DNA from: a virus
Lineage: Duplodnaviria > Caudoviricetes
IMG/VR virus record: IMGVR_UViG_3300029305_005724
Coordinates: 96,001 to 160,000 of that record
Reading direction: 5' to 3' (one strand)
Length of the DNA stretch: 64,000 nt
The position numbers and the translations under genes are program-made. The notes below the pieces were generated by a model that saw only the letters and a list, made by a program, of their open reading frames with translations, made no database searches and was not told the DNA's origin. This document shows positions 1 to 10,341 of this stretch, in pieces. Each line of letters opens with the position of its first letter. Positions within the stretch are counted from its first letter, which is position 1.

Positions 1-1221
1 AGAGAAGAGTCTGAAAAAATGGCTAAATACTTTGCTAATGAAATAAAAGCTAGTAAAGCAAAATTGGAGAGCTCTAATAATGCTGAAGATAAGGAGAGAC
101 TTGAAAAATATATTAAATCTCTTGAAGAAGCTCATGAAAAGATTACTATGTATTACATGGATCTTCGTGGGGATAATGAAGAGTACGAAATTCCTAGTGC
201 TGAATCTAATAAAGATGAATTTGATTTCGATGATGATTTCTTCGATGATGAATTCGAAGATGATGATCTTTTAGAGTCGGTTTTCTTTAAGAAAAGTGCT
301 AAATTAACAGAAGCTGTTGGAGAGTTCGTGCTCGATAATCCGCTTTCTGATTCTTCTATTTATAATCTTGCTTCAGAAGCAGATGATGAAGATCTTATAA
401 ACCTATGTAGTCTCGCTACAATGTATCCTGATGAATTCCACAAGGATTCAATTTGCCAGGCTATTAGAGATAAATTAGTAGATATCAGATCTGATAAAAT
501 AGTTTTCGAATCTACAATATCTAGAGTTACAAAGATTGCTGCACTATATGATGCTCTCAATATTCTTGAGTCTAATTCTATATCAACTAATGATCCACAT
601 TCGTTGAAAGATATGATGATGAAAGTTTATTACTTTGGAGAGGCATATCAAGCAGTTGTAAGAATGAGTAATGCAATTGCTGAGAAGAATAATTCTATTC
701 TTGAAGCATCTTTTGGTAATAGTATTAAGCTTGCATCGTTAAAACTTAAACAGGCTATGACAAAGCTAAAAGATAAGGATAAGCAAATTTCTCGAAATAT
801 CGATATTAGCATGAATAACTTTAAGAAATCGGCAGAAAGAGCACTTACAAATGATAATAGAGAAGCCATTATCAAAGGAAGTGTATTGCCTTCTGCATCA
901 AAGATTGTAAAGATAGCACTTGCTACTGGAATCACGGCTCTCATTAATCCCGTAATTGCAGTAATTGGCCTACTTGGATATCTCGGATGCTCTGCTAAAT
1001 TTAAAGCAAAAGAGCGTCAGATGATTATTGATGAGCTAGAGATCGAGTTGAAAATGTGTCAAAAGTATATTGATATTGCTGAGCAGAAAAATGATATGAA
1101 GGCTCTTAAACAGTTGCTTCAAACTCAGAGAGAGCTTGAGCGTCAGAAACAGCGTATTAAATATAAAATGCAAGTTGACTTTGGTCAAAAGTATTATGAT
1201 GCTAAGTCTGATGATGACTAA
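1..1221 (+). CDS. 5'-truncated virion (head-associated) protein
   Basis: Frame is open from base 1, so the true start is upstream of the window; acidic patch, repeated LLES/VFES/ILES/ILEA motifs; sits upstream of the capsid gene. Confidence 0.5.
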   Translation, partial: REESEKMAKYFANEIKASKAKLESSNNAEDKERLEKYIKSLEEAHEKITMYYMDLRGDNEEYEIPSAESNKDEFDFDDDFFDDEFEDDDLLESVFFKKSAKLTEAVGEFVLDNPLSDSSIYNLASEADDEDLINLCSLATMYPDEFHKDSICQAIRDKLVDIRSDKIVFESTISRVTKIAALYDALNILESNSISTNDPHSLKDMMMKVYYFGEAYQAVVRMSNAIAEKNNSILEASFGNSIKLASLKLKQAMTKLKDKDKQISRNIDISMNNFKKSAERALTNDNREAIIKGSVLPSASKIVKIALATGITALINPVIAVIGLLGYLGCSAKFKAKERQMIIDELEIELKMCQKYIDIAEQKNDMKALKQLLQTQRELERQKQRIKYKMQVDFGQKYYDAKSDDD

Positions 1222-1224
1222 TAC

Positions 1225-1260
1225 AAAAGGAAGGATCTTTTTGATCCTTCCTTTTTATTT
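1225..1260 (+). terminator. intrinsic terminator
   Basis: AAAAGGAAGGATC-loop-GATCCTTCCTTTTT hairpin with T tract. Confidence 0.8.
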
Positions 1261-1313
1261 ATGCTGGTTCAACATTAAATTAAATATTTTTCAGAAAAGG
1301 AGGAAAACTTTAT

Positions 1314-2036
1314 ATGGGTCTTTTCTTTCCAAGATATAAGGTAAAACCACTTAATGAAGTAGAATTAGACGGTCAATCTTCTGAAAATGAAGATGGTACT
1401 GAAGGTACTACAGACTATAGTGCTCAAGCTGAAGATGGAGACAATACTACAGCTACTACGGAAGAGCCTACCGATAATAATGATAATCCCCCTGAAGACC
1501 AAAGCACTTCTAATAATGAAGAGGATAATACTTCAGCAGATGATACTGGTTTAGGTGATGGTATGGAAAATCCAGAGGATGATTCTACAGATTATTCTGC
1601 CATGGGAGATGAGGGAAGTAATGATAATACTAATGATAATAACAGTAATAGTACACCCTCGACAAATAACGATGGCGAACAAAGTTCTATAGATGAACTT
1701 AAACGTCAAGAAGAAGAAATGTACGCAGATTTAACTCCTGAGCAATTAGATATCAAACATCGTGAACTGAAGACTCAATTCTTATCAATGTTTGATTTGA
1801 CAACTCAGATTATTGAAAGAATTAATGATGCTGCAACAACAGAAGAAAATATGCCTATTATAGAATTTGTATCTAATAAGCTCTCTTCGCTTAGAGACAT
1901 GATGACAGATTATATAAATAGTGTATATAAAACTAAGTCTTATATTGAAAATTCCATTAATTATAATAAATTTCTTGCTATTTTGAACGGAATTAATAAA
2001 ATTCTAGAGGAAATGAATCAAAAAGAAGTTAAATAA
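1314..2036 (+). CDS. acidic low-complexity protein, possible capsid scaffold
   Basis: AAGGAGG RBS; D/E/N-rich N-half and helical C-half; directly upstream of the major capsid gene. Confidence 0.45.
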   Translation: MGLFFPRYKVKPLNEVELDGQSSENEDGTEGTTDYSAQAEDGDNTTATTEEPTDNNDNPPEDQSTSNNEEDNTSADDTGLGDGMENPEDDSTDYSAMGDEGSNDNTNDNNSNSTPSTNNDGEQSSIDELKRQEEEMYADLTPEQLDIKHRELKTQFLSMFDLTTQIIERINDAATTEENMPIIEFVSNKLSSLRDMMTDYINSVYKTKSYIENSINYNKFLAILNGINKILEEMNQKEVK

Positions 2037-2060
2037 TGTTTTTCAATTCTGACTTATCAT

Positions 2061-2072
2061 AACATCATGGTA
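2061..2072 (+). promoter_or_regulatory. phage RNAP promoter AACA-N6-TA (representative of 24 copies)
   Basis: AACA TCATGG TA upstream of capsid gene; same motif precedes most structural genes (list in findings). Confidence 0.7.
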
Positions 2073-2142
2073 AAAATATTGTCCGTAATCAGGGCGTATT
2101 TGAAACATCTTATATTAAGCTTAATAGAAAGGAGCATTTAAT

Positions 2143-3930
2143 ATGCCTGTAATTGGTAATCGCAGATCCACGGCTTCCATGGGCGACGGTTATATGCATG
2201 ATTCCATTTATGCATTTGCCGAGAGCTTTAGAGAAGTCGCTAAGGATATTTACAACGAAGGCGTAGATCTGTTCCTGGAGCCCTATAAGGCTCTTCAGAA
2301 CGGAGCTACCAAGAATGCACTTAAGAATTTCTATATGGAGAATTCTTTCGATGCAAACGAGTTTTCCGCAGTTAACCCTGGTCATGCAGCAGAGCTTGCT
2401 GAAGATGCTCAGGCTATGATGGAGGCTCAGTTCGAGAATGACCTCGAAGCTATCTACGAGCACACTAACGTTGGTGCTATGAACCCTGTTATCGGTATGA
2501 CGTTCCCGCTTCATAAGAATATCCTTATGAACAACGTATTCGATAAGGGCGCTATTCCGAAGTTTGTTGCTCGTGAACCTAAGTTCACCATTTCCCTTGA
2601 GCAGAGAATTCTTCAGACTCCCGATGGTCAGGAGATCGATATGTTCAAGGAGCAGTACAAGATCCATGACGCGATCGCTGCTACTGCACCCTACAAGGAA
2701 GTAGAGATGACTCTTCCTCAGACCGAGGGCGCTACTGATGTTCTTGCTGAGATCGGTGCTACCGGTGAGGATAATCTCTCTATCGAGACTCACATTTCGG
2801 CTGTTAAGGTTACTGGCGTTCATCTTGAGGCTGGTGACTACAACCCCGAGACTGGTGAGGAGATCACCACTGCTGGCGAGTACTCTTTCTGGGCACCCGT
2901 TAAGCTCGAGTTCACTCCTTCTTACGGCGAGATTGACCGCATCATCGCTTCTCAGGTAGTTATTATCGGTAAGGATGCTGCAAATGCTGGCCAGAAGAAA
3001 GAGTATAAGGACGTTATCACCGGCTTTATGCGTAACAACAAGTTCATGCTGAACGGTTCTACCGGTCTCGTAACTGCTGTTAAGCTTAACGCTCGTATCG
3101 ATACTTCTTCCGCAATGCTCAAGACCTGCAGCGTTCGTTGGAAGGTTAACACCGATATCGTTGAAATCGGTTCGGCTACTCCTATCAACACGACTGTATC
3201 TCCTGAGGAAGTTAAGGACGTTGGAGCTCTTTACAATGTAAATCAGCTCTCTAAGGTTCTCTCCCTCATGAAGACTGTTCTTGGCGAGTACAAGGATACT
3301 TCTATCAAGAATCAGCTTGATCAGTCCTTCCTCCGTATGCCCGAGACCAACAAGTTCTCGACTACGTTTGACTTCGCTCCTCGTCAGGGCTATGCTCTTG
3401 ATCACGTTGAGTGGCGTCATAAGACGTTCATGGACTACCTTGACAGTGTTTGCACTGGTCTCTTCCAGGTTCTGAACGATCCTAATATGACGGTTTCTAT
3501 CTTCGGTGCTCCTGATCTTATTCGTAAGATCACTCCTACCGAGTATACTTATCAGACTCCTTCTAACATCGGTCCTGTTGAGCTTGACTTCGTAAAGACC
3601 GTTGTTACTTCGGACAAGAGAGTATATCAGTTCATCGCATCTGATAAGCTCCGTGGTAACGCAAACCTCATCATCGTACTCTGCCCCAGAAATACGAATC
3701 GTATTGTATATCGTATTTACGACTACCAGCTGTACGTATCGAATGAGATCCGTAACATGGTTAACCCTGCACTTCCCGCTGTACATGCGTTCGAGCGTTG
3801 GAAGTTCGTAGAGTATCAGCCTGTTCAGGGTCGTATCCAGATTAAGCATCCTACCGGCCTTGCTGAGATCGCTCCTAACGAGGATCCTATCGGCGGTCGT
3901 TTCATGAATGACTTTAATCTTCTTAAGTAA
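2143..3930 (+). CDS. probable major capsid protein
   Basis: 595 aa, strongest high-expression codon bias in the window, own promoter, AAAGGAG RBS and terminator; size and context fit phiKZ/AR9-like capsid proteins. Confidence 0.7.
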   Translation: MPVIGNRRSTASMGDGYMHDSIYAFAESFREVAKDIYNEGVDLFLEPYKALQNGATKNALKNFYMENSFDANEFSAVNPGHAAELAEDAQAMMEAQFENDLEAIYEHTNVGAMNPVIGMTFPLHKNILMNNVFDKGAIPKFVAREPKFTISLEQRILQTPDGQEIDMFKEQYKIHDAIAATAPYKEVEMTLPQTEGATDVLAEIGATGEDNLSIETHISAVKVTGVHLEAGDYNPETGEEITTAGEYSFWAPVKLEFTPSYGEIDRIIASQVVIIGKDAANAGQKKEYKDVITGFMRNNKFMLNGSTGLVTAVKLNARIDTSSAMLKTCSVRWKVNTDIVEIGSATPINTTVSPEEVKDVGALYNVNQLSKVLSLMKTVLGEYKDTSIKNQLDQSFLRMPETNKFSTTFDFAPRQGYALDHVEWRHKTFMDYLDSVCTGLFQVLNDPNMTVSIFGAPDLIRKITPTEYTYQTPSNIGPVELDFVKTVVTSDKRVYQFIASDKLRGNANLIIVLCPRNTNRIVYRIYDYQLYVSNEIRNMVNPALPAVHAFERWKFVEYQPVQGRIQIKHPTGLAEIAPNEDPIGGRFMNDFNLLK

Positions 3931-3958
3931 TTAAGAAAGATACACTCTAAATAAAAAT

Positions 3959-3996
3959 AAGACAAGAGGGCTTCGGCTCTCTTGTCTTTTTCTTTT
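3959..3996 (+). terminator. intrinsic terminator
   Basis: AAGACAAGAGGGC-TTCG-GCTCTCTTGTCTT plus T tract. Confidence 0.9.
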
Positions 3997-4070
3997 ATTA
4001 GCTGTCAACTATTAAATAATCTTATATTTACGATATAATGAAAAATCCCAAGATTGGAGGAAACACAATC

Positions 4071-5243
4071 ATGAATAAAATAAATTATGATTTCGGTGAA
4101 TTTCATAATGTGTTCGAAAGCATGCGCACGAAATCTAATGCTACTCCCGATGAATTGAAAACTCTGAAATATGAGCTTAATAGATTCTTCGATGATTCTA
4201 CGTGTAAAGATGTACTTTATACAAATAATCTTGACAATATGTTTTTCGGTATCAAGATAATTCCTATGATCGATGCAGACGAAATTTATGAATATCTGGC
4301 AGACAATGAGAAGATTCGTATTGAGAGCTACATCGTAGAGATCGATTCCAAACTTCTTAATCCTATTATTGATCTTAATAAGTTTGAGCTTACTGCCATT
4401 CTCCTCGAAGAGGTTGCTAAGATGGTTGGCGACTCTACTCCTATGGAAAATGCTCGCAATGCTCTTACACTCTATCTCTCTTCTAATAGAACTCATATTA
4501 AGATTTCTCAGTCTGTTCATTATAAGGAACTTCTTGCTTATGGCTTGAAAGACTATTTGTCGAAGTGTACCTCGCTATTCTATAAAGATGATATTACCGA
4601 TGTTAATAGTGATGAATTTGCGATCAGTTATTGTCTCGTAGACCATCTGATTTCAGGATATAACAAGATCAAGGGTGATAATCTCAAACTATATCAGGAT
4701 AGCGAAATCAGTAAGTTTATTGTATTTAGCTGGGCTTTGAGCTTGTATAATAATATTAAAATTCATAGAGTTGGTGCTCTTAAGACATTGGCTAGATCTA
4801 AGTCTCTTACTGGTTCTAGACTTGAAAAGATGGAAATAGATAACGTTATTCGTAGAATTCAGAGAATTGATGATAGCGTTGTTCTGGAAGCTGCTGAAAC
4901 GACGAGTGGCATCCGCCTTAAGATTAAGGAAAAACTTAAGAAGGCTCGTTTGAATAATCTTCGTACTATTGACAGCACTTTTTATGAGCTGTCTATGCAG
5001 GTAAGAAATGTAGAAGATGAGCATGATGCTCTCTATCTCATGAGACAGATTAACAACTGTATTTCTATTATCGATGAGTACAAGAATCTTCAAGACTGTG
5101 ATGAGTATGAGCAAAATAAGTGGAAAGAAGCATATGATAAGTTCGTACAGCTTCGTGACAAACTTTCCAGTACTGTCGTATATAAGAATAAACACTACGG
5201 AATTTTCGTAAATTACCCGGATATTGTAGAGAATCGTTATTAA
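4071..5243 (+). CDS. putative virion structural protein
   Basis: GGAGG RBS favours ATG 4071; AACT-N6-TA promoter at 4007; follows capsid gene. Confidence 0.5.
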   Translation: MNKINYDFGEFHNVFESMRTKSNATPDELKTLKYELNRFFDDSTCKDVLYTNNLDNMFFGIKIIPMIDADEIYEYLADNEKIRIESYIVEIDSKLLNPIIDLNKFELTAILLEEVAKMVGDSTPMENARNALTLYLSSNRTHIKISQSVHYKELLAYGLKDYLSKCTSLFYKDDITDVNSDEFAISYCLVDHLISGYNKIKGDNLKLYQDSEISKFIVFSWALSLYNNIKIHRVGALKTLARSKSLTGSRLEKMEIDNVIRRIQRIDDSVVLEAAETTSGIRLKIKEKLKKARLNNLRTIDSTFYELSMQVRNVEDEHDALYLMRQINNCISIIDEYKNLQDCDEYEQNKWKEAYDKFVQLRDKLSSTVVYKNKHYGIFVNYPDIVENRY

Positions 5244-5356
5244 CAATAAAGTAAAAGTTACTATCTCCCTGCCGTGATGGAACTTTGCCGTAAACCGCGT
5301 GTTTGTGTTTTCATGTTGTTGTTCGATTTTCTCCTCCGTGTAAGTTTATATTTAAA

Positions 5357-5394
5357 ATACCAGTAGAGGCATAGCCTCTACTGGTATGATTTTT
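5357..5394. terminator. terminator between convergent genes
   Basis: ATACCAGTAGAGGC-ATA-GCCTCTACTGGTAT hairpin. Confidence 0.8.
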
Positions 5395-5395
5395 G

Positions 5396-5767
5396 TTACT
5401 CTATATATCTTCCAATAATTTGTGGTTTAGTTATGTCCCCTCCAATAAATACAACTATCCACTTTGAGCCTGCTGGAATATAATCAGAATAATCATCAAT
5501 GCATAATGCTTTATTAAGCGGTATTTCAACATAATTACTTATAGTAATATTAGAAATTTCTAGGGCTGTCTTTTTTGTATTTCTTAAATTGCCAGGATTT
5601 TGATGAATTATATTAGATACTTTTTTAGAGTTATCTAGCGATGGCGTTAATATTGGTATAGAGAATTTAACCAATCCAGGATTGGTTTTATTTATGTCTT
5701 CCAGAGCTATAGCTATTTCTGGGTATTTCAAATCTAAATTATCATAAAAATTATTCATTGTTTGCAT
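5396..5767 (-). CDS. baseplate hub/spike OB-fold-like protein
   Basis: C-terminal IPAGSKWIVVFIGGDITKPQIIG resembles the gp5/VgrG OB-fold motif PxxGxxVxVxFxxGDxxxPxIIG. Confidence 0.55.
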   Translation of the reverse strand: MQTMNNFYDNLDLKYPEIAIALEDINKTNPGLVKFSIPILTPSLDNSKKVSNIIHQNPGNLRNTKKTALEISNITISNYVEIPLNKALCIDDYSDYIPAGSKWIVVFIGGDITKPQIIGRYIE

Positions 5768-5867
5768 ATATCCTCACCTCTCTATTAATTATAAGTTAAA
5801 GGATATTAATTTATAAGAGCCTTAACTTTAAAATAAAAATTTTATAGATTAAAGGAGAATAATAACT

Positions 5868-6899
5868 ATGATTTGCTATCATCACACGGACGCAGATGGA
5901 CATTCTGCAGCTTATAACGTACTAAGAGGATCAAAAATTGTTTGCGTACCGGATTTCTTTAAACCTACGAATTATGGTGATAAGTTTGATAAGCATAAAG
6001 ATACTGATACAGTTTATATTGTAGACGTATCATTTACTGAACCGACTTATCCTGATCTTATTAACATTTGCAAAACAGCTAGACGAGTTTATTGGATCGA
6101 TCATCATCAGTCTTCTCTTGATGTAATTGCTGCTCATAAAGATGAACTACAGAAGATGAAGAATTTGGTATACTTTGTATCTAAAGATTATTGTGGAGCA
6201 GCTCTTACTTATGCATTCTTTAAAATCAAGGACAATATTATGGATAGAGTTATTAATCGTAATATTGAAACTGATTCTTATGAAATTAAAACCATCTATG
6301 TCAACCCCAAGCATAATGAACTTATTACTGTACAAGTAGTTGTCAAGGGACCCACATCTTCAGATTATGAAATGCATAATATTGAAGTTCAGGTTCCTAA
6401 ATGGCTTCGTCATATTGATGATTATGATGCTTGGAAAAAGATCTATCCTGAAACTGAAAAGATTATTAATGGATTTAATTGTCATGAATGGAATCTTGTT
6501 AATGACGATAAATTCAATATTGATTTTTGGACTAAATTTACAACTGAAGATAATTATATTACCAATCTTTTCAATATGGGTAAAACAATCTCAATGTATA
6601 ATGAACGCAGATTTAATGAAGAATTGAGCGCAACATATGAACTTGAATACAATGGTACAAAGTTCTTATGCAAAAATGGCCATGGCAATTCTTATAACTT
6701 TGCAGACAAGATTTATAAATATGATGCTGTTATTCTTTATCATTTTGAAGGTAGCATTATGAAATATCTATATAGTGTATATTCTTCTGATGCATCATCT
6801 TTTGATTGTAAAGCATTTTGCGAAAAATTCGGTGGTGGAGGTCACTTCCACGCATCTGGCTTTTCAAATGAAAAATCTCCGCTTGAACTTCTTAAATAA
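5868..6899 (+). CDS. DHH/DHHA1 family phosphoesterase
   Basis: HTDADG, IVDVS, WIDHH and GGGGHFHASGF motifs. Confidence 0.9.
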   Translation: MICYHHTDADGHSAAYNVLRGSKIVCVPDFFKPTNYGDKFDKHKDTDTVYIVDVSFTEPTYPDLINICKTARRVYWIDHHQSSLDVIAAHKDELQKMKNLVYFVSKDYCGAALTYAFFKIKDNIMDRVINRNIETDSYEIKTIYVNPKHNELITVQVVVKGPTSSDYEMHNIEVQVPKWLRHIDDYDAWKKIYPETEKIINGFNCHEWNLVNDDKFNIDFWTKFTTEDNYITNLFNMGKTISMYNERRFNEELSATYELEYNGTKFLCKNGHGNSYNFADKIYKYDAVILYHFEGSIMKYLYSVYSSDASSFDCKAFCEKFGGGGHFHASGFSNEKSPLELLK

Positions 6900-6988
6900 G
6901 CCTAATTTGGGCGGTTTAGGATAATTAAGAATTTACAACAACAAAAACTTATATATAATCAAAATTTAAAAATTTGGAGGACTTCAAA

Positions 6989-7798
6989 ATGGCATTTGGA
7001 AGCACTTACAACAACAATCAGCAGGCTGCTGCAAAAAGTGGACCTGAGGTAACCATTTATTCTGGTTATCGTATGAACAATGCAGAATCTAAAATCGATC
7101 CTACTTGTCTTACTTTTAGATTCTGGAAGAGCAATCTTTGTGTCGGAATTTTCCCTAAGAAGAATACCGGCAATGATGAAGTATCTTTTGATATGGACAA
7201 TGGTATTACCATTTATTTGTCTCATACAAAAGCTCGTATTCTCGCTAATGAGCTTAGGCTTTTCCTTAGCGACCCTGTATCTTATAATGCAGTTGGCGTT
7301 CCTTCTGGTTCTGCAGCTATTAGTATTTCTAATGGTAGCGAATATGGAAAGAATACCCCTGTATTGACAATTCGTAAAGTAAGCGAGACTGGTGAAGTAG
7401 TAGCAAGTTTTGCTTATGAATTTAAGACGAATTTCCATTTTGCTATTCGTAATTATGATGGAAAGAATTTTGATTCTGCATATGATGACTATAAGAATCT
7501 TGAAATTGAGCAGTTTATCACTGTTCTTGAAGAGTATGTTAAGGCATCTACTAATGCAGTAGCATTTACAGTAATGGATCAGCGTAAATATTCTCAGGCA
7601 CGTATGGAAAACAAGATTGATGCTATTGCATCTAATCTTGGAATTGATACAGCTAGATCTTCTGGTTCTTCTCGTCGTTTCAGTGGCAACACATATTTCA
7701 ATAATGCATCTGGTGGTAATTCTAGTAATTCTGGCAGCAATAATTATTCCTCGAATGTAAGCTATGGTGCTGCAACCATCGATGATCTTGAAGATTGA
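6989..7798 (+). CDS. possible single-stranded DNA-binding protein
   Basis: GGAGG RBS before ATG 6989; beta-rich core, G/S/N-rich linker, acidic tip (IDDLED). Architecture only. Confidence 0.45.
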   Translation: MAFGSTYNNNQQAAAKSGPEVTIYSGYRMNNAESKIDPTCLTFRFWKSNLCVGIFPKKNTGNDEVSFDMDNGITIYLSHTKARILANELRLFLSDPVSYNAVGVPSGSAAISISNGSEYGKNTPVLTIRKVSETGEVVASFAYEFKTNFHFAIRNYDGKNFDSAYDDYKNLEIEQFITVLEEYVKASTNAVAFTVMDQRKYSQARMENKIDAIASNLGIDTARSSGSSRRFSGNTYFNNASGGNSSNSGSNNYSSNVSYGAATIDDLED

Positions 7799-7866
7799 TA
7801 ATAAAGCAATTCGAGAGTTGATCTTTCATAGATCAACTCTCTTTTTATTTTAAGGAGGTATAGTCA

Positions 7867-8526
7867 ATGTCTGGAACAAATTCAGTACTATTTGATTTCT
7901 ATTCTCTTGTGGATAAAAAACTATCTGTTATTAAGTATATTGCTGGAGAATATAGAGATGCTGCTCTTAATCATTTTGATAAAGATAGAATACTATATAC
8001 ACCAAATGATACTTGGATATTTGATAGACTTTATAATCCGGAAGATGTATTCAGATCTATAATTTCCGATGTAAGTAAGAAAGATTCTTATGAAAAAATA
8101 ATGGAAATGATTATAAATAGAGATGAAGGAAACATATGGAAGAAATATGCATTCCAAACATCTTTAAATAGACTTATTACTGCTTATGCTAAAGCTGGTA
8201 ATGGTGTTATAAAAACAGCAGTTCAGTGCGAAAACGAATTGCAAAAAGAATATATCCAAAAACTATATCCAGATACTCCTATTGAACTCGGTAGTAGAGA
8301 AAATATTGATATGGAGAAATATGGTAGACTTATAGTTGGAGATTATAAGGATGCTTTAAAATATAAATTAGAAGGTCCAAAGAGTATTCTAGTTTTAAAT
8401 TTTAGAGAAAACTTTACTCCTGGAGATATTACACAATTAAACCCTGAACTTATTATTAGTTTAGGCGATATTCATGATATCGAAGTTGTATCCGCATATA
8501 CCAATGAATTTGATATCAAAGGCTAA
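7867..8526 (+). CDS. hypothetical protein
   Basis: AAGGAGG RBS, 219 aa ORF. Confidence 0.7.
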   Translation: MSGTNSVLFDFYSLVDKKLSVIKYIAGEYRDAALNHFDKDRILYTPNDTWIFDRLYNPEDVFRSIISDVSKKDSYEKIMEMIINRDEGNIWKKYAFQTSLNRLITAYAKAGNGVIKTAVQCENELQKEYIQKLYPDTPIELGSRENIDMEKYGRLIVGDYKDALKYKLEGPKSILVLNFRENFTPGDITQLNPELIISLGDIHDIEVVSAYTNEFDIKG

Positions 8527-8549
8527 ATTTATAAAAAGGAGAACGGCAT

Positions 8550-10289
8550 ATGAAAACACTTATTATGAACAACGTAATCCCTAAAGAAAAACTGAGAGAA
8601 ATTCAGGAAAATACTCTTAACGAGCTAGCTGACATTCTCTCTAACTCTTTTGGTCCTAATGGATCTAATGCGTGTATTAAGAAAGAAAATGCTCTTTCTA
8701 GATACAGTAAAGATGGCCATACTATTATTGGCTCTCTTCATTATAATGGCATCATTGAGCAGTCTATCAAGGACGATATCGAATCTATTACTCGTCATAT
8801 TGTAAAGACTGTTGGAGATGGCACAACTTCTGCAGTTATTCTTTCATCTCTTATTTTTAAGTGCATCAAAGATGTAGAAGATTCTGGTTCTTATAAACCT
8901 GTCGAAATCGTTACAGCTCTTGAAAAGGTTGTTTCTGACCTTAAGAAGAAAATCAAATCCACTGCCAGAGAAATTACTGACAAGGATATTTATGATATTA
9001 CAATGATTTCTACAAACGGTAATGTAGATATTGCAAATATGCTTGTCGATATCTATAATGAGTTTGGAAAGACTGTATTTATCGATGTTAGCCCCTCTAC
9101 TGGTGAAGAGATGGTGATCAAGTCCTATAACGGTATGACTCTTAATACCGGATATGACGATGCTTGTTTTGTAACTGATGCTACAAAGAATATTTCTGAA
9201 GTCGATAAGCCTGAAGTATATTTCTTTGAAGACCCTATCGATACAAGAGAAATTGGAGTATATCTTGACTCTATTATTTCTCATAACTTTATTACTCCTG
9301 CTAATGCACAGAACTGGGATGCGATTAGACCTACTGTTATCTTTGCTCCCAAGATTTCTAGAGATATGTCTAGTACAATGAATAGTCTTATTTCGACAAT
9401 GGCTTCTATGCCTGTTGAAAATAGACTTCCTATTTGTATTATAACAGATCTTCATGAGACTGAACAGCTTAAAGATCTTGCAAAACTTTGTGGAGCTAAG
9501 ATGATTCATAAATATATCGATAAAGGCGTTTATGAAGCTGATGTAGCAGCCGGTAGAGCTCCCACCCCTGAAACTATTTTTAATTTTGCTGGAAGATGTG
9601 ATAAAGTTATAGCTTATTCTAGCAAGACTACATTTATCCGCCCTGCTCATATGTATAAGGAAGATGGAAGTTATAGCGAAATGTATAATAACCTCCATGC
9701 ATTCCTGAAATCTGAAATTATTCGTGAGACAGCAGATGGTGGAGATGCTAGAACTATTGGAACTTTGAAGAGAAGACTTCATTCGCTTGAGGCTAATATG
9801 GTTGAGTTGTTTGTCGGAGGCATTACTCAGGCAGATAGAGATTCTCTTAGAGATCTTGTCGAAGATGCTGTACTTAACCTTAGGTCTGCTGCTGAAAATG
9901 GAGTTGGATATGCAGCTAATATGTCGGCTGTAATTGCAATTAACTCTGTAGATATTAGTAAATACAATGATCTTGAAAGATCTATTTTTACAGCTATTGC
10001 TGAAGCATATGAGGCTCTTGTATGCAGACTCTATGAAGTGACAGAGTATGCTCGTTGTATTAAGAACGAAGGAAGCACAAATGCAGATCTTTATGCTAAT
10101 ATTGTGAATAATGCTATTAAGGATGGACTTATTTATAACATTCGTGAAGAAAAGTGGTCTGATAATGTCGTTACATCTATTATGTCCGATGTAACAATTC
10201 TTGATACAGTTTCTCGTATCATTGGAATTATGGCAACTTGTAATCAGTTCATTCTTCCCACAGCAATGCATAATGTCTATATGGACTAA
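8550..10289 (+). CDS. GroEL-like phage chaperonin
   Basis: SFGPNG, SKDG, VGDGTTSA and VEDAV motifs; 579 aa. Confidence 0.92.
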   Translation: MKTLIMNNVIPKEKLREIQENTLNELADILSNSFGPNGSNACIKKENALSRYSKDGHTIIGSLHYNGIIEQSIKDDIESITRHIVKTVGDGTTSAVILSSLIFKCIKDVEDSGSYKPVEIVTALEKVVSDLKKKIKSTAREITDKDIYDITMISTNGNVDIANMLVDIYNEFGKTVFIDVSPSTGEEMVIKSYNGMTLNTGYDDACFVTDATKNISEVDKPEVYFFEDPIDTREIGVYLDSIISHNFITPANAQNWDAIRPTVIFAPKISRDMSSTMNSLISTMASMPVENRLPICIITDLHETEQLKDLAKLCGAKMIHKYIDKGVYEADVAAGRAPTPETIFNFAGRCDKVIAYSSKTTFIRPAHMYKEDGSYSEMYNNLHAFLKSEIIRETADGGDARTIGTLKRRLHSLEANMVELFVGGITQADRDSLRDLVEDAVLNLRSAAENGVGYAANMSAVIAINSVDISKYNDLERSIFTAIAEAYEALVCRLYEVTEYARCIKNEGSTNADLYANIVNNAIKDGLIYNIREEKWSDNVVTSIMSDVTILDTVSRIIGIMATCNQFILPTAMHNVYMD

Positions 10290-10299
10290 TATAAATAGA

Positions 10300-10341
10300 A
10301 ATACCACTAGAGGAATTTTCCTCTAGTGGTATTATTTTTTT
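10300..10341. terminator. terminator between convergent genes
   Basis: AATACCACTAGAGG-loop-CCTCTAGTGGTATT plus T tract. Confidence 0.85.

Noticed and set aside
2110-3849. 579-aa antisense ORF over the capsid gene (also 8844-10307 and similar)
   Set aside because: Expected shadow of strong codon bias on the sense strand; no recognisable protein features.
4071-5243. Metalloprotease call for this gene
   Set aside because: Candidate site reads LLEEVAK, without zinc-binding His residues.
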